From an uncultured delta proteobacterium (GTDB lineage Bacteria; Myxococcota_A; Polyangia; Polyangiales; Polyangiaceae), in NCBI GenBank assembly GCA_963850305.1, contig CAWKKR010000007.1, positions 832,001 to 896,000 on the forward strand: DNA of 64,000 bases, given 5' to 3'. This document shows, one piece after another, positions 60,346 to 64,000 of the stretch. A program made the translations under genes and the position numbers. The stretch's first letter is position 1. Every line of letters begins with the position of its first letter. The notes beneath the pieces are model-generated. The model saw only the letters and a list, made by a program, of their open reading frames with translations. It did no database searches and was not told the DNA's origin.

Positions 60346-62826
60346 ATGCCCAAGACGCTCGTCGTCGTCGAGTCGCCCGCCAAGGCGAAGACCATCAAGA
60401 AGTACCTCGGTCCCGGCTTCGAGGTCATGGCTTCGAAGGGCCACGTCCGTGACCTTCCGAAGAAGATGGGCATCGATATCGAGCGTGACTTTCTCGAGAC
60501 GTACGAGGTCATCCAGGCCAAGGAGAAGGTTCTCGAGGAGCTGAAAGGCGCGGTCAAAAAGGCCGACGCGCTCATGCTCGCGACCGACCCCGATCGCGAG
60601 GGGGAGGCCATCGCCTGGCACATCGCGGAAGAACTCGGACGCCCGGGGCTCAAGGTCAACCGCGTCGAGTTTCACGAGATCACGAAGCGAGGCGTCGAGC
60701 ACGGCGTCGAACACCCGCGGGAACTCGACAAGGCGCTCTATGACGCGCAGCGAGCGCGTCGCGTACTCGATCGCCTGGTCGGGTACGACGTCTCGGCGCT
60801 GGTGTGGTCGAAGCTGTCGTTCGGTCTCAGCGCGGGCCGCGTTCAGTCCGTCGCGCTCCGGCTGATCGTGGAGCGTGAGCGCGAGATCGAGCGGTTCGTC
60901 CCCGAAGAATACTGGAACGTCGGTGCGTCGCTCGCGGGCAAGGCCGCGCAATCCTTCTTCGCGCGGCTCGTGCGCGCGAACGGCGAGAAGATCGAGATCA
61001 ACGACGGCGATCATGCGGGCGCGGTCCGTGCGGATCTCGAATCCGCGGCATTCCGCGTCGTGGAGGTCACGCGGCGCGAACAGAAGCGCAACGCGCCGCC
61101 GCCGTACACGACGAGCAAGCTTCAGCAAGATGCCACGAGCCACCTGCGCTTCACGACGAAGCGCACGATGAACGTCGCGCAGCGGCTCTACGAGGGCGTC
61201 GATCTGAAAAAGGACGGAGGCCCCGTCGGCCTCATCACGTACATGCGCACGGACTCCACGCGCGTGAGCGTCGATGCGATCGAGGAAGTGCGCGCGTACA
61301 TCGACACCGCGTTCGGCGGGAAACACGTGCCCGCGAAACCGAATTTCTTCAAGACGAAGAAGGACGCGCAGGACGCGCACGAAGCCATTCGACCGACGTC
61401 CCTCGAATACACGCCCGAGCGGGTGCGAAAGCATCTCCTCGACGAGCAGTTCAAGCTCTACAAGCTCATCTGGGATCGGTTCGTCGCGTCGCAGATGACT
61501 CCGGCCGTCTACGACCAGACCGGCGTCGACATCGAGGCGAAACCGGCGCGCAAGGACGCGCGGTACCCATCCCTGGGGCTACGCGCCAGCGGCAAGGTGC
61601 TGAAGTTCGGTGGCTGGCTCGATCAGTACACGCGCGGCAAGGCGACCGACGGTGAGCAGACGGAGTTTGCCGGCGAAGAAGACGCGAACGGCGAGGGCGC
61701 TCACGAGAGCGCGAGCAACGGCAACGGCGCGAACGGCAACGGCGCTTCACCCGCGAAGCCAGCCGTGGCCCGCTTCGACGATGACGCGGAGAACACGCTG
61801 CCCGAGATCGCGCAGGGCGAAGTCCTGCGTCTCGTCCCGCCGCGCGTCGTGACGGACCAGAAGTTCACGCAGCCGCCCCCGCGTTTCAATGAAGGCTCAC
61901 TCGTGCGTGAGCTCGAGAAGCGTGGCATCGGGCGTCCGAGCACGTACGCGGAGATCATCAGCAAGGTCCAGGCTCGGGATTACGTGGAGAAGCTGCCGGG
62001 CGGGCAGATGCAGGCCACGGAGCTCGGGAAGATCGTCGTCGACGGCCTGGTCTCGACGGAGCTCGAGTTCATGGATCCGAGCTTCACCGCCAAGATGGAA
62101 GAGGATCTCGACGAGGTTCAGGCCGGCAAGCTCGAACGGGTCGAGCTCCTCAAGCGCTTTTACGGTCGCTTCAGCAAGACCCTGACGAAGGCGAAGAAGG
62201 CGGCGCGGTGGGCGCCTGCGCCGGAACCGACGGCCTTCAAGTGTTCCGAGTGTGGGTCCGGGATGCTCAAGCGATGGAGCAAGAACGGATGGTTCCTCGG
62301 GTGCGAAAAGTATCCGACGTGCAAGCACACGCAGAATCTCGACAAGGGCGGCAAGGAACCCGAGCTGCCGCAGCTCACGAACTACAAGTGCGACAAGTGC
62401 GGCAAAGCGATGACCATCCGGAATGGTCGCTACGGGGAGTTCCTCTCGTGCAGCGGCTATCCCGAGTGCAAGAATGCGAAGCCCGTTCCCCTCGGCGTCC
62501 CTTGCCCGAAATGTGGGGGCGACATCGTCGAGATCCGCGCGAAGAAGCGCGGCGGCAAGACGTTCTACGGTTGCGCGAACTACCCGAAGTGCGACTTCAA
62601 GGTCTGGCAAAAGCCGATTCCCGAGCCGTGCCCGCTCTGCGCGCATCCGTTCCTCGTCGTCGGCGGCGGGAAGAAGAACCCGCAGATCGTCTGTCCGCGA
62701 GGCAAAGAGTGCGGCTACTCGCGAAGCGTCGAGCCTGCGGGCGAGAGCGGGGAGATCGCAGAGGTCCTTCCGGCGCCGGCATCGAGGATGCCGGCCGATA
62801 GCGCCGGGCGCTCGGCGGGTCTGTGA
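60346..62826 (+). CDS. topA: DNA topoisomerase I with C-terminal zinc ribbons
   Basis: [42 protein letters not shown] and C4 zinc fingers. Confidence 0.98.
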   Translation: MPKTLVVVESPAKAKTIKKYLGPGFEVMASKGHVRDLPKKMGIDIERDFLETYEVIQAKEKVLEELKGAVKKADALMLATDPDREGEAIAWHIAEELGRPGLKVNRVEFHEITKRGVEHGVEHPRELDKALYDAQRARRVLDRLVGYDVSALVWSKLSFGLSAGRVQSVALRLIVEREREIERFVPEEYWNVGASLAGKAAQSFFARLVRANGEKIEINDGDHAGAVRADLESAAFRVVEVTRREQKRNAPPPYTTSKLQQDATSHLRFTTKRTMNVAQRLYEGVDLKKDGGPVGLITYMRTDSTRVSVDAIEEVRAYIDTAFGGKHVPAKPNFFKTKKDAQDAHEAIRPTSLEYTPERVRKHLLDEQFKLYKLIWDRFVASQMTPAVYDQTGVDIEAKPARKDARYPSLGLRASGKVLKFGGWLDQYTRGKATDGEQTEFAGEEDANGEGAHESASNGNGANGNGASPAKPAVARFDDDAENTLPEIAQGEVLRLVPPRVVTDQKFTQPPPRFNEGSLVRELEKRGIGRPSTYAEIISKVQARDYVEKLPGGQMQATELGKIVVDGLVSTELEFMDPSFTAKMEEDLDEVQAGKLERVELLKRFYGRFSKTLTKAKKAARWAPAPEPTAFKCSECGSGMLKRWSKNGWFLGCEKYPTCKHTQNLDKGGKEPELPQLTNYKCDKCGKAMTIRNGRYGEFLSCSGYPECKNAKPVPLGVPCPKCGGDIVEIRAKKRGGKTFYGCANYPKCDFKVWQKPIPEPCPLCAHPFLVVGGGKKNPQIVCPRGKECGYSRSVEPAGESGEIAEVLPAPASRMPADSAGRSAGL

Positions 62827-64000
62827 GTTCGGGCGCGGACGTCGTCATCGTCGGCGCGGGGCTCGCCGGGAGCGAGGCCGCGCTCGGACTGGCGGAGCGT
62901 GGGTTCCGCGTGCGCCTCCTGGAACAGAAGCCACTGAGACGAACGCCGGCCCAGACGTCCGATCAGCTCTGCGAGCTCGTCTGTTCGAACTCCTTCCGCG
63001 GTGCGTCGCTGACGAACGCAGTGGGCCTCCTGAAGGAAGAGATGCGCCGGCTCGGCTCGTTCGTGATGAAGGCCGCGGAGGGATGCCGCGTGCCGGCGGG
63101 CGGCGCGCTGGCCGTGGACAGGGAGCGGTTTGCGGCGCAGATGACGGCATGGGTCCGCGCGCATCCGCGGATCGCCGTCGAGAGCGCGGAGGTGCTGGTC
63201 ATTCCCGACGCACGCCCGGTCGTCATCGCGACCGGTCCCCTGACGGGCGATGCGCTCGCGCGAGACATCGAGCGACGGACGATGGGGCAGCTTGCCTATT
63301 ACGACGCGATCGCGCCGATCGTGACTGCCGAGTCCATCGACTGGGACAAGGTGTTCACCGCATCTCGTTACGACAAAGGCGAGACGGAGGAAGATCAGCA
63401 CGCGTACGTCAACTGTCCGTTCGACCAAGAAGGCTACGACGCGTTCGTGCGCGAGGTCGTGCTCGCAAAGAAGGTCGATCCGAAGGAGTTCGAGAAGGTT
63501 CGCTACTTCGAGGGCTGTTTGCCCATCGAGATCATGGCCGAGCGAGGGCCGCAGACTCTCGCATTCGGCCCGATGAAACCCGTGGGACTCGTCGACCCTC
63601 GGACGGGTCGGCGACCGCACGCGGTCGTGCAGCTCCGGAAGGAAGACGAAGCGGGCACCGCGTACAATATCGTCGGGTTCCAGACTCGCATGACGTGGGG
63701 TGAGCAAGCGCGCGTTTTTCGGACCATCCCCGGGCTCGAACACGCGGAGTTCGCGCGGTACGGTGCGGTTCACCGCAACACGTTCATCGCGGCGCCGCGG
63801 CTCCTCGACGGCACGCTCCAGCTTCGCGGCGAGCCGGGCGTCTACTTTGCCGGGCAGATCGCGGGCACTGAGGGCTACGTCGAGAGTGCCGCCATGGGCT
63901 TCCTCGTGGCGCACGTGATCGGCGAGCGTCTGTCGGGTCGTGAGCCTTCATTGCCGCCTCCGACCACGGCTCACGGCGGTTTGCTCACGCATCTGTCCCG
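62823..64000 (+). CDS. trmFO: tRNA (uracil-5)-methyltransferase TrmFO (runs off window edge)
   Basis: A GTG at 62823 overlaps the topA stop. Manual translation gives [52 protein letters not shown] and [12 protein letters not shown]. Confidence 0.95.
   Translation, partial: MSSGADVVIVGAGLAGSEAALGLAERGFRVRLLEQKPLRRTPAQTSDQLCELVCSNSFRGASLTNAVGLLKEEMRRLGSFVMKAAEGCRVPAGGALAVDRERFAAQMTAWVRAHPRIAVESAEVLVIPDARPVVIATGPLTGDALARDIERRTMGQLAYYDAIAPIVTAESIDWDKVFTASRYDKGETEEDQHAYVNCPFDQEGYDAFVREVVLAKKVDPKEFEKVRYFEGCLPIEIMAERGPQTLAFGPMKPVGLVDPRTGRRPHAVVQLRKEDEAGTAYNIVGFQTRMTWGEQARVFRTIPGLEHAEFARYGAVHRNTFIAAPRLLDGTLQLRGEPGVYFAGQIAGTEGYVESAAMGFLVAHVIGERLSGREPSLPPPTTAHGGLLTHLS

Overview
A high-GC, gene-dense bacterial window that is mostly core chromosome. 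It is most consistent with a myxobacterium (Myxococcota, probably Polyangia). That assignment is inferred from a TIGR04551-like outer-membrane protein, a MYXO-CTERM-like tail, AgmX/PglI-type Cys-pair C-terminal domains, Hanks-type kinases and Cys-rich lipoproteins. Housekeeping genes are yceD-rpmF-fabD-fabG-acpP-fabF-nrdR-ribD, purF, HMG-CoA lyase, pilB-pilT, moeB/moeZ, acs, pdxJ, rpsT, an RpsA paralog, mrp/apbC, alaS, murB and dprA-topA-trmFO. Many lineage-specific envelope proteins lie between them. I recognised no tRNA, rRNA, CRISPR array, prophage, integrase or transposase. Four genes, including the essential alaS, are split by single-base indels, which most likely reflects consensus errors in the assembly. 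I found no clearly new multi-gene system. The best candidate is 53150-55396: a degenerate 41-42 bp hairpin-forming tandem repeat and a strongly structured leader ahead of a double HARE-HTH / acidic-basic linker / apparently inactive Mrr-like protein. Also notable are two apparent pseudoenzymes (a kinase and an acyl-CoA dehydrogenase) and an ECF sigma factor whose putative anti-sigma carries a TonB-C-like tail. All family names come from recognising motifs by eye; no searches were run.
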